NCBI GenBank assembly: GCA_963749235.1 | Contig: CAVVLV010000001.1 | Span: 1,147,039-1,211,038 of the forward strand | Direction of reading: 5' to 3' | DNA length: 64,000 bases | Origin: an uncultured Thermoplasmata archaeon | GTDB lineage: Archaea; Thermoplasmatota; Thermoplasmata; Lutacidiplasmatales; UBA184 | Shown: piece after piece, positions 1 through 8,946 of the stretch | How the letters are laid out: every line of letters starts with the position of its first letter | Numbering within the stretch: position 1 is the first letter of the stretch | Notes under the pieces: generated by a model | Seen by the model: the letters and a program-made list of their open reading frames with translations, nothing else | The model's database searches: none | What the model was told of the DNA's origin: nothing | Made by a program: the position numbers and the translations under genes

Positions 1-961
1 CGAACTCGGGTACCGAATAGGCGAAGGCATCGACACAGAACCGGGACGCCTCGACCGCCACCGGCGTCTTCAGACGTCCGAGCGCCCGCCGGTATCGACC
101 CAGGAAGCCGTAGACCCCGACCTCGAAGGCGCACCATCGGTTGAACACTCCCGCCACGAACCTCCCGTCCGGTCGGAGGAGACGGCGGAGGGCCGACGGC
201 AGGGGCGTGAGATCCGGTTCGCAGTTCAGCGCCCCGTAGGTCGAGTAGATCCCGTCGAACGACCCCGGACCCTCGGTCGAGATCAGTTCCCCCACCTGCC
301 CGGCCCTGAGCTTGCGCGTAGAGAGACGGCCAGCCAGCCCGCGTGCCGTCGCCTTGGACTGGACCTGGGAGAGCATCGCCGACGAGATGTCGACGGCGAG
401 GATGTCGTGTCCGTCGGCAAGAAGCTCCAACGTCTCGGTCCCGGATCCGCACCCGATCTCGAGGAGACGACCGCCCCGAGGGAAGGTCGCCCGCATGAAC
501 TCGAGGGAGCGATCCCGCAACAGCCGGTTGATCCGATTGTCCAGGATGTGGTGGTCGTACTCGGCCGCGATCGAGTCGAACTCGGCCTCCAGCCATCCAA
601 AGTACCGGCTCCCGTCGGAGATCGAGGCCCCCGCGGTGGTGCCGAGAGCCACCTCGATGACCCGTCCGGCCGGGTGGAACCAGCGGTGGACGCGCTCCTC
701 CCCGTACTTCTGGCGAAACCGGCCCAAGACCCGAGCACGGCCCTCCGGATCGGCGACCAGCCGGCACCGTCCGGTCTGTTGACCTTCGGGCAGGGCGACC
801 GTAGCCTCGCCGTCCCGGAGGATGGTGACCGTCCAACTGCTCGCCCCATACTGACCGACCAACCATAGATGGGAGCCCTCCCGGACGTACGCGAGCGGGA
901 TGGAATCCTTCCCGATGGAGAGGCGTAGATGGTCGCCCCCGCTCGGCTCCATGGTCGGCAT
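1..961 (-). CDS. class I SAM-dependent methyltransferase with ~110-aa N-terminal domain; 3' end runs off the window
   Basis: Not in ORF track because no stop lies in the window. Manual translation from ATG (complement of 959-961) gives MPTMEPSGGDHLRLSIGKD...; it contains SAM motif I LLEIGCGSGT followed by ILAVDIS and LRPDGRFV. The frame is open to position 1. Confidence 0.75.
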   Translation of the reverse strand, partial: MPTMEPSGGDHLRLSIGKDSIPLAYVREGSHLWLVGQYGASSWTVTILRDGEATVALPEGQQTGRCRLVADPEGRARVLGRFRQKYGEERVHRWFHPAGRVIEVALGTTAGASISDGSRYFGWLEAEFDSIAAEYDHHILDNRINRLLRDRSLEFMRATFPRGGRLLEIGCGSGTETLELLADGHDILAVDISSAMLSQVQSKATARGLAGRLSTRKLRAGQVGELISTEGPGSFDGIYSTYGALNCEPDLTPLPSALRRLLRPDGRFVAGVFNRWCAFEVGVYGFLGRYRRALGRLKTPVAVEASRFCVDAFAYSVPEF

Positions 962-1116
962 GTACCGAGAGTGGGACCCCATCGATTTGCGAGGAGGCGG
1001 CCCACTATAACTCTAAACCCGGCAGGGGACGTCCCGACCTGGGGGTAAGCGCGGCGCGGAGGGAGGAGCTCGAGGGATCCTCCGCGGCGAACGAACTCCC
1101 TTTGTAGCTGAGCGAG

Positions 1117-1929
1117 GTGCCGGTTCCGGTGGCAACCGTGGCGGGGATCCGGACGGAGCAGCGAGGGGCCGTTCTGGCCATTACGATCGACCGGCCGGAC
1201 CGACTGAACGCTCTCGACGTCCCATCGATGATCGAACTGCGCCGAACCGTCCAAGCGGCTACGGTGGACCGAAAGGTCCGCGCCGTCCTCCTCACCGGTT
1301 CGGGGAAGGCATTCTGTGCGGGCGGGGACGTTGCTACGATGGAGGAGTTTCGGGCTCGCGGAGAGCTCACTCCGCTCTTCCACGAACTGACCGGCGAGCA
1401 GGAAACGACGGTCCGGGAACTCGTCATGATGAGGAAGCCCGTGGTGGCGGCGCTACCGGGCGTTGCGGCCGGGGGCGGTCTGTCCCTGGCGCTGGCGTGC
1501 GACTGGCGGATCGCTTCGGAATCGGCCCTTCTGGTGCCGGCGTTTCCGGGTCTGGGGGCGGTTCCGGACGGTGGCCTCACGTACTTCCTCCCCCACTACC
1601 TCGGCATCGGGCTTGCACAGGAACTCTTGTTCACCAACGCGCGGCTTTCGGCCGCCCGTGCACGGGAACTCGGCTTGGTGCACGAGATCGTAGCCTCGGA
1701 GCAGTTGGCCGAACGGGCCTGGGCGCGCGCCGAGGAGCTCGCCCGGGGGCCGACGTTCGCCTACGGGTGGATGAAGCGACTCATGGTTTCCGCATTCAGC
1801 GCGAGCCTGGAGACCCAGCTCCGCCTCGAGCGTCAGGGGATGGTCGAGGCGACGGAGCACGGGGAGCTCCCCGAAGGGATCCGTGCCTTCCGGGAGAAGC
1901 GTCCTCCCCACTTCCCGCCCCCGGCTTAG
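1117..1929 (+). CDS. enoyl-CoA hydratase/isomerase (crotonase) family protein
   Basis: 270-aa ORF. Crotonase hallmarks: ITIDRPDRLNALD, LLTGSGKAFCAGGDV, KPVVAALPGVAAGGG. Confidence 0.85.
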   Translation: MPVPVATVAGIRTEQRGAVLAITIDRPDRLNALDVPSMIELRRTVQAATVDRKVRAVLLTGSGKAFCAGGDVATMEEFRARGELTPLFHELTGEQETTVRELVMMRKPVVAALPGVAAGGGLSLALACDWRIASESALLVPAFPGLGAVPDGGLTYFLPHYLGIGLAQELLFTNARLSAARARELGLVHEIVASEQLAERAWARAEELARGPTFAYGWMKRLMVSAFSASLETQLRLERQGMVEATEHGELPEGIRAFREKRPPHFPPPA

Positions 1930-1957
1930 GCCTACCCCGGGCCGGCCCACCGCGGCC

Positions 1958-3277
1958 TCAGGGCAGGTCCCGCGGGCGAAGGGTCCCGTCGAACGGTCGG
2001 GCCACCCAGGCCTCGAGTTGATGACGAACGGCGGGCCACTCCGACTCGAGGATACTGTAGTAGAGCGAGGTCCGGTAGTCCCCGGAGGGGAATCGATAAT
2101 GCTCCCGTATGGCACCTTCCGGGACCGCCCCCAAACGGAGGATCGCTCGTTGCGATCGGAGGTTCCGACTGTCGGTCTTCAGCTGGACACGATGGGCCCC
2201 TTCGGATTCGAAAGCGTGGCGAAGAAGGAGGTATTTGGCCTCGGTGTTGACGGGAGTGCGCCACGCCGCGGGTCCTAGCCATGTACCGATCTCCACCCAT
2301 TGGTCGTCCCGATGGATGTCCAGGTAACGGATGACCCCGACCGGCATCTCGTCCGCCCCGGCCAGCACGGTGAACGGCAGCGTGTCTCCCGCAGTCTGGA
2401 GCGCCAGGTTGTCCTCGACCAGGGCCGCCATGTTCTCCGGAGTGTCCCCGTGGCGGATCCGCAGATACGTCCAGACGGACGGGTCCGCCAAGGCCCCCGC
2501 GAGGGCCGGAGCATGCTCCCGTCGTAGCGGGATCAGACGCACCCATCGCCCGGTCAGTTCGAGCGGGCCGGCGAAGGCGAGCGGGGGTCTTCGGGAAGGG
2601 AGTGGCACCGGAGTGCCGGACCCGGTTTCCCGTCGAGGGACCACCTTTGGACCGGTCGACGCCGGCGGAGGGCTCCACGAGCGGGCCAGCATGGACTCGA
2701 GTCGGGCCCTCACCGCGGGCCATTCCCGGTCGAGGATACTGTAGTAGACGCTCGTCCGAAATGCGTCGCTCCACAAGAGGACATCATCTCGAAGGCGCGC
2801 TTCGGGAACCGCACCCAACCGTTCGATCGCCCGTTGTGAGCGCGTGTTTCGAAGGTCCGTCTGGATCTGGACCCGGTGGACCCCTTCCACTTCGAACGCA
2901 TGCCGGAGCAGCAGCCACTTCGACTCGGTATTGACCGGTGTCCGCCAGAACGCCGAGTCGAGGACCGTCCCGCCGATCTCAACGCCCCGGCTCGCCCGGT
3001 CGATGCGGAGGTACCGAGTCAGACCGATCGGTCGACCCGTCGACCGCAGGGTCGTCGTGAACGGAAGATCGGTGCCTGCCGCTTGGCTCGCGAGCTGACC
3101 TTGGATGACCTCCTCGAGGTCCTCCACGGTCGGCCCGATCCGAGTGCGGAGCAGCCGCGTCACCTCGGGGTCCCGGAACGCCCACGCGAGATCGGGAGCA
3201 TGCTCCAAGGAGAGCGGGAGGAGTTCGATGAACCGTCCGGTCAATCGGATGGGAGTACGGAAGCCTTCCGCGGACAC
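1958..3277 (-). CDS. tandem-duplicated GNAT (RimJ/RimL-like) N-acetyltransferase
   Basis: 439-aa ORF. The two ~200-aa halves are clearly paralogous: GRFIELLPLSLEHAPDL...WRTPVNTESKWLLLRHAFEVEGVHRVQIQTD versus GRWVRLIPLRREHAPAL...WRTPVNTEAKYLLLRHAFESEGAHRVQLKTD. Confidence 0.8.
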   Translation of the reverse strand: MSAEGFRTPIRLTGRFIELLPLSLEHAPDLAWAFRDPEVTRLLRTRIGPTVEDLEEVIQGQLASQAAGTDLPFTTTLRSTGRPIGLTRYLRIDRASRGVEIGGTVLDSAFWRTPVNTESKWLLLRHAFEVEGVHRVQIQTDLRNTRSQRAIERLGAVPEARLRDDVLLWSDAFRTSVYYSILDREWPAVRARLESMLARSWSPPPASTGPKVVPRRETGSGTPVPLPSRRPPLAFAGPLELTGRWVRLIPLRREHAPALAGALADPSVWTYLRIRHGDTPENMAALVEDNLALQTAGDTLPFTVLAGADEMPVGVIRYLDIHRDDQWVEIGTWLGPAAWRTPVNTEAKYLLLRHAFESEGAHRVQLKTDSRNLRSQRAILRLGAVPEGAIREHYRFPSGDYRTSLYYSILESEWPAVRHQLEAWVARPFDGTLRPRDLP

Positions 3278-3366
3278 ACCCCTCCGAAACCGTCCGATGG
3301 ATAATCCCGGTGGGCGTGCTCCGGGGCGATGTTTTGGGCTCCCGGCCGTCAGGAAATCCCGAGGAG

Positions 3367-3374
3367 TTAAATAA
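3367..3374 (+). promoter_or_regulatory. TATA-box-like element (TTAAATAA) upstream of the nuo operon
   Basis: AT-rich octamer in GC-rich spacer, ~53 nt upstream of the nuoA ATG. GGAGGG Shine-Dalgarno-like motif at 3414-3419. Confidence 0.45.
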
Positions 3375-3423
3375 CGAGGAAGGGTCGCATTTGTTGTTCG
3401 CAGGCTAGCGGAAGGAGGGCGGG

Positions 3424-3789
3424 ATGGAAGCAGGGATCACGACGTTCTTGGTCTTTGCCGGGATTGCCGCTGCCTTCGGCGTCGGATCGCTGGTCGCGAA
3501 CCGTTCCCTGGGTGCCCCGGCCCGCCGCTCCTACCTGCAAACGACCACCTACGAGTGCGGCGAAGAGGCCGAGGGCGAGGCCCAGATCGACTTTCCGACC
3601 CAACACTACACATTCGCGATCGTCTTCGTCGCGGTGGACGTCCTCGGTTTCATCCTGGCCCTGTGGGGCCTGACGTTCCGGGGGGTCAATTCCGGTTGGT
3701 ACCCCATCTTCATCGCCGCCGCGTTCACGGCGCTCGCGATCACGGGCATTTACTACGCGTTGAGCGGCGAGCGGAAGTGGGTCGTATGA
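3424..3789 (+). CDS. nuoA: NADH-quinone oxidoreductase subunit A
   Basis: 121-aa, three hydrophobic helices, conserved YECGEE motif, first gene of the nuo cluster. Confidence 0.9.
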   Translation: MEAGITTFLVFAGIAAAFGVGSLVANRSLGAPARRSYLQTTTYECGEEAEGEAQIDFPTQHYTFAIVFVAVDVLGFILALWGLTFRGVNSGWYPIFIAAAFTALAITGIYYALSGERKWVV

Positions 3790-4409
3790 CGGCCCCCCCG
3801 TCCCCGGTCCCGCCCAAATCGGCCCCCTCGGCCGCCGACTCGTTCCGGTTGGAAGGGGAGCTGCCGATGGTGGACCAGCCCGGCGTACCCTTCATCGAGA
3901 TCGAGACCGTACGCGCCCGGGAGTTCATCCCGGCCGCCAAGGAGGCGTTCTCGGCCCTGGTCGCGGAGCAGGGCCAGAGCAAGGTGATCCGTCCGACGTT
4001 CAACTGGGCGGGGCGGAACTCTCTGTTCCCCCTCCACTGGGGTCTCGCTTGTTGTGCGATCGAGTTCGCGGCCGCGTTCTCGGCGCGGTGGGACTCGGAG
4101 CGGTTCGGGATCGTCCCCCGATCGTCGCCCCGACAGTGCGACCTCATGATCGTCAACGGCACCGTTACCTGGAAGGTCGCGCACAAGCTCATCACCCTCT
4201 ACGAGCAGATGCCCGAGCCCAAATGGGTCATCGCGATGGGCAACTGCGCCACCGGTGGGGGCCCGTTTCGCACGGCCTACTCCGTGGTCCCGGGGGTCGA
4301 CAAGCTCGTCCCGGTCGATGTGTACATCGCGGGGTGCCCCCCCCGCCCCGAGGCGATGATCGACGGAATCCTCCGCCTCGAAGGACTCATCCGGGAGCGC
4401 AAGCAGTAG
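3786..4409 (+). CDS. nuoB: NADH-quinone oxidoreductase subunit B (20 kDa, N2 cluster)
   Basis: ATGA overlap with the nuoA stop. Contains [20 protein letters not shown] and [11 protein letters not shown]. Confidence 0.92.
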   Translation: MTAPPSPVPPKSAPSAADSFRLEGELPMVDQPGVPFIEIETVRAREFIPAAKEAFSALVAEQGQSKVIRPTFNWAGRNSLFPLHWGLACCAIEFAAAFSARWDSERFGIVPRSSPRQCDLMIVNGTVTWKVAHKLITLYEQMPEPKWVIAMGNCATGGGPFRTAYSVVPGVDKLVPVDVYIAGCPPRPEAMIDGILRLEGLIRERKQ

Positions 4410-4442
4410 GCGGACCGTTCGGCGGTACCGTCACAGGGAGCG

Positions 4443-4919
4443 ATGCAGCCGGACGACCTGACCAAGGCCCTGGCCCCGATGATGGGCGACCGGCTCTTAG
4501 GGGTCGAACCGTTCGCCGGAACGGCCGGCCGCGTTCGATTCCGACCCGAGGCCGCCCTCGACCTCTTCCGGTTGGTCCACGACCAGCTCGGCTTCCACCA
4601 CCTCTCGATGGTCGGAGGGATCGACTGGGTCGCGCATCGGGAGGTCTTCTACGTCGCGTGGTCGGATGACCTCCGACAGTATGTCATCCTCTCGGCCGAC
4701 GTCCCCGCGGAAGCGGCCCATATTGAGTCGGCGACCCCGGTCTGGGAAAGCGCGAACTGGCACGAGCGCGAGGCCTGGGAGCTCGTCGACATCACCTTCG
4801 ACCACCATCCGGACCTCCGCCACCTTCTCCTTCCCGACGGGTACGTGTTCCACCCGCTCCTGCGCTCGTTCAAGCTCCACGAGCCCGAGGAGCTGGAGGT
4901 GAAGCGGCGCAGTGTCTGA
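4443..4919 (+). CDS. nuoC: NADH-quinone oxidoreductase subunit C (30 kDa)
   Basis: 158-aa; ANWHEREAWELVDITFDHHPDLRHLLLP is typical of NuoC. Confidence 0.9.
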   Translation: MQPDDLTKALAPMMGDRLLGVEPFAGTAGRVRFRPEAALDLFRLVHDQLGFHHLSMVGGIDWVAHREVFYVAWSDDLRQYVILSADVPAEAAHIESATPVWESANWHEREAWELVDITFDHHPDLRHLLLPDGYVFHPLLRSFKLHEPEELEVKRRSV

Positions 4920-6058
4920 GATGTGGATCAACATGGGGCCGCAACACCCCATGACGCACGGACTTTGGAACCTCCGCGTCAAGATCGACGGGGAGATGGT
5001 GCTCGACTGCGACCCCGAGATGGGCTATCTCCACCGCGGGATCGAGAAGATCAGCGAGGACCGTCACTACAACGAAGTCATCACACTGATGGACCGGTGC
5101 TGTTACGTCGCCGGACTCGCGTGGGAGCATCTCTACATCCTCGCCGCCGAGGATGCGCTCCACATCCAACCGCCGGAGCGGGCGGAATACATCCGCACGA
5201 TGTGCGACGAGTTCCAGCGGATCGGTTCCCACCTGATGTGGTACTCGGCGTTCGTCCAGGACATCGGTCTGATGACCCCGTTCCTCTACGGAATGCGGGA
5301 TCGCGACCTCGTCCTGGACCTTTTCCAGAGTTACACGGGCGCCCGGATGACGTACCAGGTACATGCGGGTCGGCGGGGTTCGGAACGACCTCCCGCCCGG
5401 ATTCACCGGTCACGCTCGGAGGGTCTTGGACTGGCTGACGGAACGGTTCGTGGAGTACGACCGATTGTGCCTCGGTTCCGACATCTTCCGCAAGCGGTGC
5501 GACGGCCTCGGGGTGTTGAAGGCGGCCGACTGCATCTCCACGGGCGTCACCGGCCCGATGCTTCGATCGGCCAGCATGAAACGAGACCTTCGCCGGGACC
5601 GGCCCTACGCCGTGTACAAGCAGCTCGATTTCGAAGTGGCCGTCGCGGACGGGGCCGATGTGACCGCCCGCTACCTGGTCCGGATGGAGGAGATGCGGCA
5701 GTCGGTCCGGATTCTCCGCCAGGTCGTGGACTGGCTGGATCATCACCCGGCTCCGGTCCTCGCCGACCGGCTCCCCCGTTGGCTCGGCGCCCCCTACGCT
5801 CCGGTCGGACGGGAGGGCTACCTACTGAAACGAAACTTCCCGAAGGGAGTCGGTTTCTCATCCGTCGAAGAGCCCCACGGCGAGGCTCAGGCGTACGTCG
5901 TCAACGACGGCGGGGAGCACCCCTACCGCGTCAAGTTCCGTTCCCCGGTGTTCGCGAACGTCAGCGCGGCCCGTCACTATCTCGTCGGCTACCACGTGGC
6001 CGATATCCCCCCCATCATGGGGAGCGTCGACGTCTGCGTCGGGGAGGTGGACCGCTAG
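4912..6058 (+). CDS. nuoD: NADH-quinone oxidoreductase subunit D (49 kDa), interrupted by a +1 frameshift at ~5359
   Basis: The N-terminal part (MGPQHPMTHG...GYLHRGIEK...TGARMTYQ) is in frame 1 up to 5358. The C-terminal part (YMRVGGVRNDLP...VCVGEVDR) is in frame 2 from 5360. Deleting one G of caGGTAC restores TGARMTYQYMRVGGV. Confidence 0.9.
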
Positions 6059-6067
6059 GTCGGCCCC

Positions 6068-7198
6068 ATGTCGAACGTGACCCTCTACAGCGTCTCCTTC
6101 GACCTCGTCAACTGGGTGCTGCGTGGCATCGGTTCGGTGCTCCCGCACCCGCTCAACGCCTGGATCACGAACGGCGACCTGATCGTCGGACTCGCCGTCC
6201 TCCTGTTCGGCGTCATCCTGCTCGGCGCGAGCATGGTCAACACGATCATGCTGATCTGGTGGGAACGTAAGCTGCTCGGCCGCTTCATGGACCGTCGGGG
6301 GGCGATGCATGTCGGGTACGCGGGCCTGCTCCAGAACTTCGCCGACGGGATCAAGCTGTTCGCGAAGAACACGATCAAGCCGAAGGAGGCGGACTGGCTC
6401 GGCTTCTTCAGCGGGCCGACCGCCTACATGGTGACCTCGCTCGTCCTCTTCGGGATCCTTCCGATCTCGTCCGGCTGGAACTCGGGGGTCCTTCCCCTGA
6501 GCCTCCTTCTCGCGCTCGCGATCTTCTCGTTCGCGCCGTTGTTCATCTTCGTCAGCGCCTGGTCGAGCAACAACAAGTACTCCCTGATGGGCGGGATGCG
6601 CTCCGCGGCCCAGATGATCGCCTACGAGGTACCGATCCTCCTCGCGGTCGTGGCGGTCATCGTCGTCTCGGGAAGCTTCGACCTGACAACGATCGTCTAC
6701 GAGCAACAGAACTACTGGTTCTGGGGGCCGCTGTTCCTGGCGCTCGTCGTGTTCGTCGCGGGCATGCTCGCCGAGATGGAACGCATCCCCTTCGACCTTC
6801 CCGAGGCGGAGGCCGAGCTGGTGGAAGGTTGGAACACCGAGTACGGAGGGATGCTCTTTGCCTACTTCATGCTCGCCGACTACCTACGGGCGCTCGTCGG
6901 AAGCATCCTGGTCGTCCTCCTCTTCCTCGGCGGGTGGACGATGCCGAGCTGGGTCCCGTCGGCGGCGACCTCGTTCCCCCTCGCCGGGATCGTTTGGTTC
7001 ATGGTGAAGACCTACCTCGTCTTCGGCCTGTTCGTCTGGATCCGGGCCTCGTTACCCCGGGTCCGGACCGATCAGCTCCTTCGGGTTGGCTGGAACCGCA
7101 TGATCCCCCTGAGCCTCGCTGCCGTCTTCCTCGCGGCGGCCCTCGTGGTGGTGAAGTGCGTCCCGGTCTTCGGTTGCCTTCCTTCTCCAGGAGTCTAG
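6068..7198 (+). CDS. nuoH: NADH-quinone oxidoreductase subunit H
   Basis: 376-aa polytopic membrane protein with WWERKLLGRFMDRRG, AQMIAYEVP and EAEAELVEGWNTEYGG. Confidence 0.92.
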   Translation: MSNVTLYSVSFDLVNWVLRGIGSVLPHPLNAWITNGDLIVGLAVLLFGVILLGASMVNTIMLIWWERKLLGRFMDRRGAMHVGYAGLLQNFADGIKLFAKNTIKPKEADWLGFFSGPTAYMVTSLVLFGILPISSGWNSGVLPLSLLLALAIFSFAPLFIFVSAWSSNNKYSLMGGMRSAAQMIAYEVPILLAVVAVIVVSGSFDLTTIVYEQQNYWFWGPLFLALVVFVAGMLAEMERIPFDLPEAEAELVEGWNTEYGGMLFAYFMLADYLRALVGSILVVLLFLGGWTMPSWVPSAATSFPLAGIVWFMVKTYLVFGLFVWIRASLPRVRTDQLLRVGWNRMIPLSLAAVFLAAALVVVKCVPVFGCLPSPGV

Positions 7199-7208
7199 CG
7201 ATCGAACC

Positions 7209-7988
7209 ATGAGCGATCCCGCAACGGCCACGGAGAAAACCTCGGACAATCCGATCCTTTGGGTCGCCAAGCCAATGGTGACGGCGGCCCGGCAGTTCGC
7301 GCGCAGTCTGTTCCACCCGTCCACGGTCATCTACCCGTTCGAGCGTCTCGAGGATCCGGCCTTCCGCAAGGAGGTCGGCATCGAGTCGGGCAAGCCGATC
7401 GGGGTGGGTCCGATCTGGGACAACTATCGAGGCGTCCACGCCCTGAACATCGGGACGTGCATCAGCTGCAATCTCTGCGCGTTCTCCTGTCCCGACCTGT
7501 GCATCGAGATGGTCACCGTCCCCGGGGGCGACCCGAAGCATCCCAAGAAATGCCCCGAGATCGATTACGGGAAGTGCAGCTACTGCGGTTTCTGTTCCGA
7601 CGCGTGCCCGGAGGGGTGTCTCACCATGACGACCCGCTACGAGCTCTCGGTGACCAAGCGGTCGGACATGGTCTACTCGCCCCAGAAGATGTTCGGGATC
7701 TACCAGCAGAAGCTCCCGATGAACCCGATCCGGCTCGAGCGGCCGGCCAACGAGGACTCGATCCTCCTCGAACCCCCCCTCTGCATCGGCTGCAACGCCT
7801 GTGCCCGGGACTGCCCCACGCAATGCATCACGATGTTGGACATCCCCAAACCCGAGGCCAAGCCCGGCGAAAAGGTGGCGAAGCGGATCTGGAAGGAGCC
7901 GGTCATTAACGACTCGGATTGCGTCCGATGTGGCACGTGCATCAGCGTCTGCCCCAAGGAGTGCTTGTTCTGGGGGAATCGTAAGTGA
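7209..7988 (+). CDS. nuoI: NADH-quinone oxidoreductase subunit I with an extra C-terminal 2x[4Fe-4S] ferredoxin module
   Basis: 259-aa. Canonical pair CISCNLCAFSCP / CSYCGFCSDACP, plus a second pair CIGCNACARDCP / CVRCGTCISVCP in residues ~186-259. Confidence 0.88.
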   Translation: MSDPATATEKTSDNPILWVAKPMVTAARQFARSLFHPSTVIYPFERLEDPAFRKEVGIESGKPIGVGPIWDNYRGVHALNIGTCISCNLCAFSCPDLCIEMVTVPGGDPKHPKKCPEIDYGKCSYCGFCSDACPEGCLTMTTRYELSVTKRSDMVYSPQKMFGIYQQKLPMNPIRLERPANEDSILLEPPLCIGCNACARDCPTQCITMLDIPKPEAKPGEKVAKRIWKEPVINDSDCVRCGTCISVCPKECLFWGNRK

Positions 7989-8473
7989 ACTTGGAGGAAC
8001 TGGCGTTCCTCGCCCTCGCCGTCGTCGCGGTGGTGACCGGGCTCGCCGCGCTCCTCGTCCGCGAGCTCGTTCACACCATCCTCTGGGTCTCCGTGTTCTT
8101 CGTCGACCTTGCCGGGATCTACTTCCTTCTCGCCGCGCCGTTCCTGGGGGTGCTCCAACTGGGCGTCTACGCCGGGGCCGTGACGGTCCTCCTCCTCTTC
8201 GGGATCATGGTCACACGGAAGCGGATCTTCTCGCGGGACGCGGCGACGGGGATCGGGCCGATCCCCCTTGCGCTCGCCGCCGTCACCTTCGTCTTCTTGG
8301 TGGCCTCTCTCGGGGAGTTTCCCCAGAACGCGGTAGCGATCACCTCGTACGACCCCGCCGCCCTCTCGGCCGGGCTCTTCGGAGTCTACGGGCCGTGGCT
8401 GCTGCTCCTCGGCCTCATCATGCTCTCCGGGGTCGCGGGTGCGATCTACCTCGTCCGGGAGGGCCGCGAATGA
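7985..8473 (+). CDS. nuoJ: NADH-quinone oxidoreductase subunit J
   Basis: 162-aa hydrophobic protein in the nuoJ position. GTGA overlap with the nuoI stop. Confidence 0.85.
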   Translation: MNLEELAFLALAVVAVVTGLAALLVRELVHTILWVSVFFVDLAGIYFLLAAPFLGVLQLGVYAGAVTVLLLFGIMVTRKRIFSRDAATGIGPIPLALAAVTFVFLVASLGEFPQNAVAITSYDPAALSAGLFGVYGPWLLLLGLIMLSGVAGAIYLVREGRE

Positions 8474-8787
8474 CCTCCCTGCCCGAGTCGTGGTTCCTCG
8501 TTCTCTCGGGGGCGCTGCTCGCGGTCGGGATCTTCGGGCTACTGACCCGGCGGAACTTCATCCTCATCCTGATCGCCGTCGAGGTCGCCATGAACGCGAC
8601 CATCCTCAACTTCGTCTACTTCGCCGCGTTCTCCTCCGGCGGGGCGGGCCTCTCCGGCCAGGTCATCGCGGTCATCCTGGTCGGGTTCGCCGCGACCGAG
8701 GTCGCGGTCGGACTGGCGATCGTGCTTGCGCTCAACCGGATCAAGGGGACGATCAACGTCGCCCAGGCCACCGAGCTACGGGAGTAG
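8470..8787 (+). CDS. nuoK: NADH-quinone oxidoreductase subunit K
   Basis: ATGA overlap with nuoJ. 105-aa with three TM helices: MTSLPESWFLVLSGALLAVGIFGLLTRRNFILILIAVEVAMNA... Ends at TAG 8785-8787. Confidence 0.9.
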   Translation: MTSLPESWFLVLSGALLAVGIFGLLTRRNFILILIAVEVAMNATILNFVYFAAFSSGGAGLSGQVIAVILVGFAATEVAVGLAIVLALNRIKGTINVAQATELRE

Positions 8788-8946
8788 GAGGGATTCTCGA
8801 CGTCGGCTTTCACCACGCTCGACACCTGGGCCTTCCTGGTCCCGCTCCTCTCGGTCGCCGCGTTCGCGATCATCGGACTTGCCGGGACCCGCCTCCAGAA
8901 GATCGAGTGGGGCGGCTGGCTCGCGGTCGCGATCGCCGGCGCGGCG

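Noticed and set aside
5347-5368. Programmed +1 ribosomal frameshifting as an explanation for the nuoD, bcp, rps19 and top6B breaks.
   Set aside because: There are too many sites (~20) and no shared slippery heptamer or downstream structure. They include deletions as well as insertions, and they are enriched in homopolymer/GGTAC contexts. This pattern fits consensus error, not recoding.
8785-8787. Reading the nuoK TAG as pyrrolysine or programmed read-through to give a NuoK-NuoL fusion.
   Set aside because: Nothing in this window (no pyl genes, no PYLIS-like context that I can recognise) supports recoding. Other genes here (nuoD, nuoL, dnaK) also end in TAG. A start-codon substitution or non-canonical start is the simpler explanation. 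It is kept only as a low-probability alternative in the findings.
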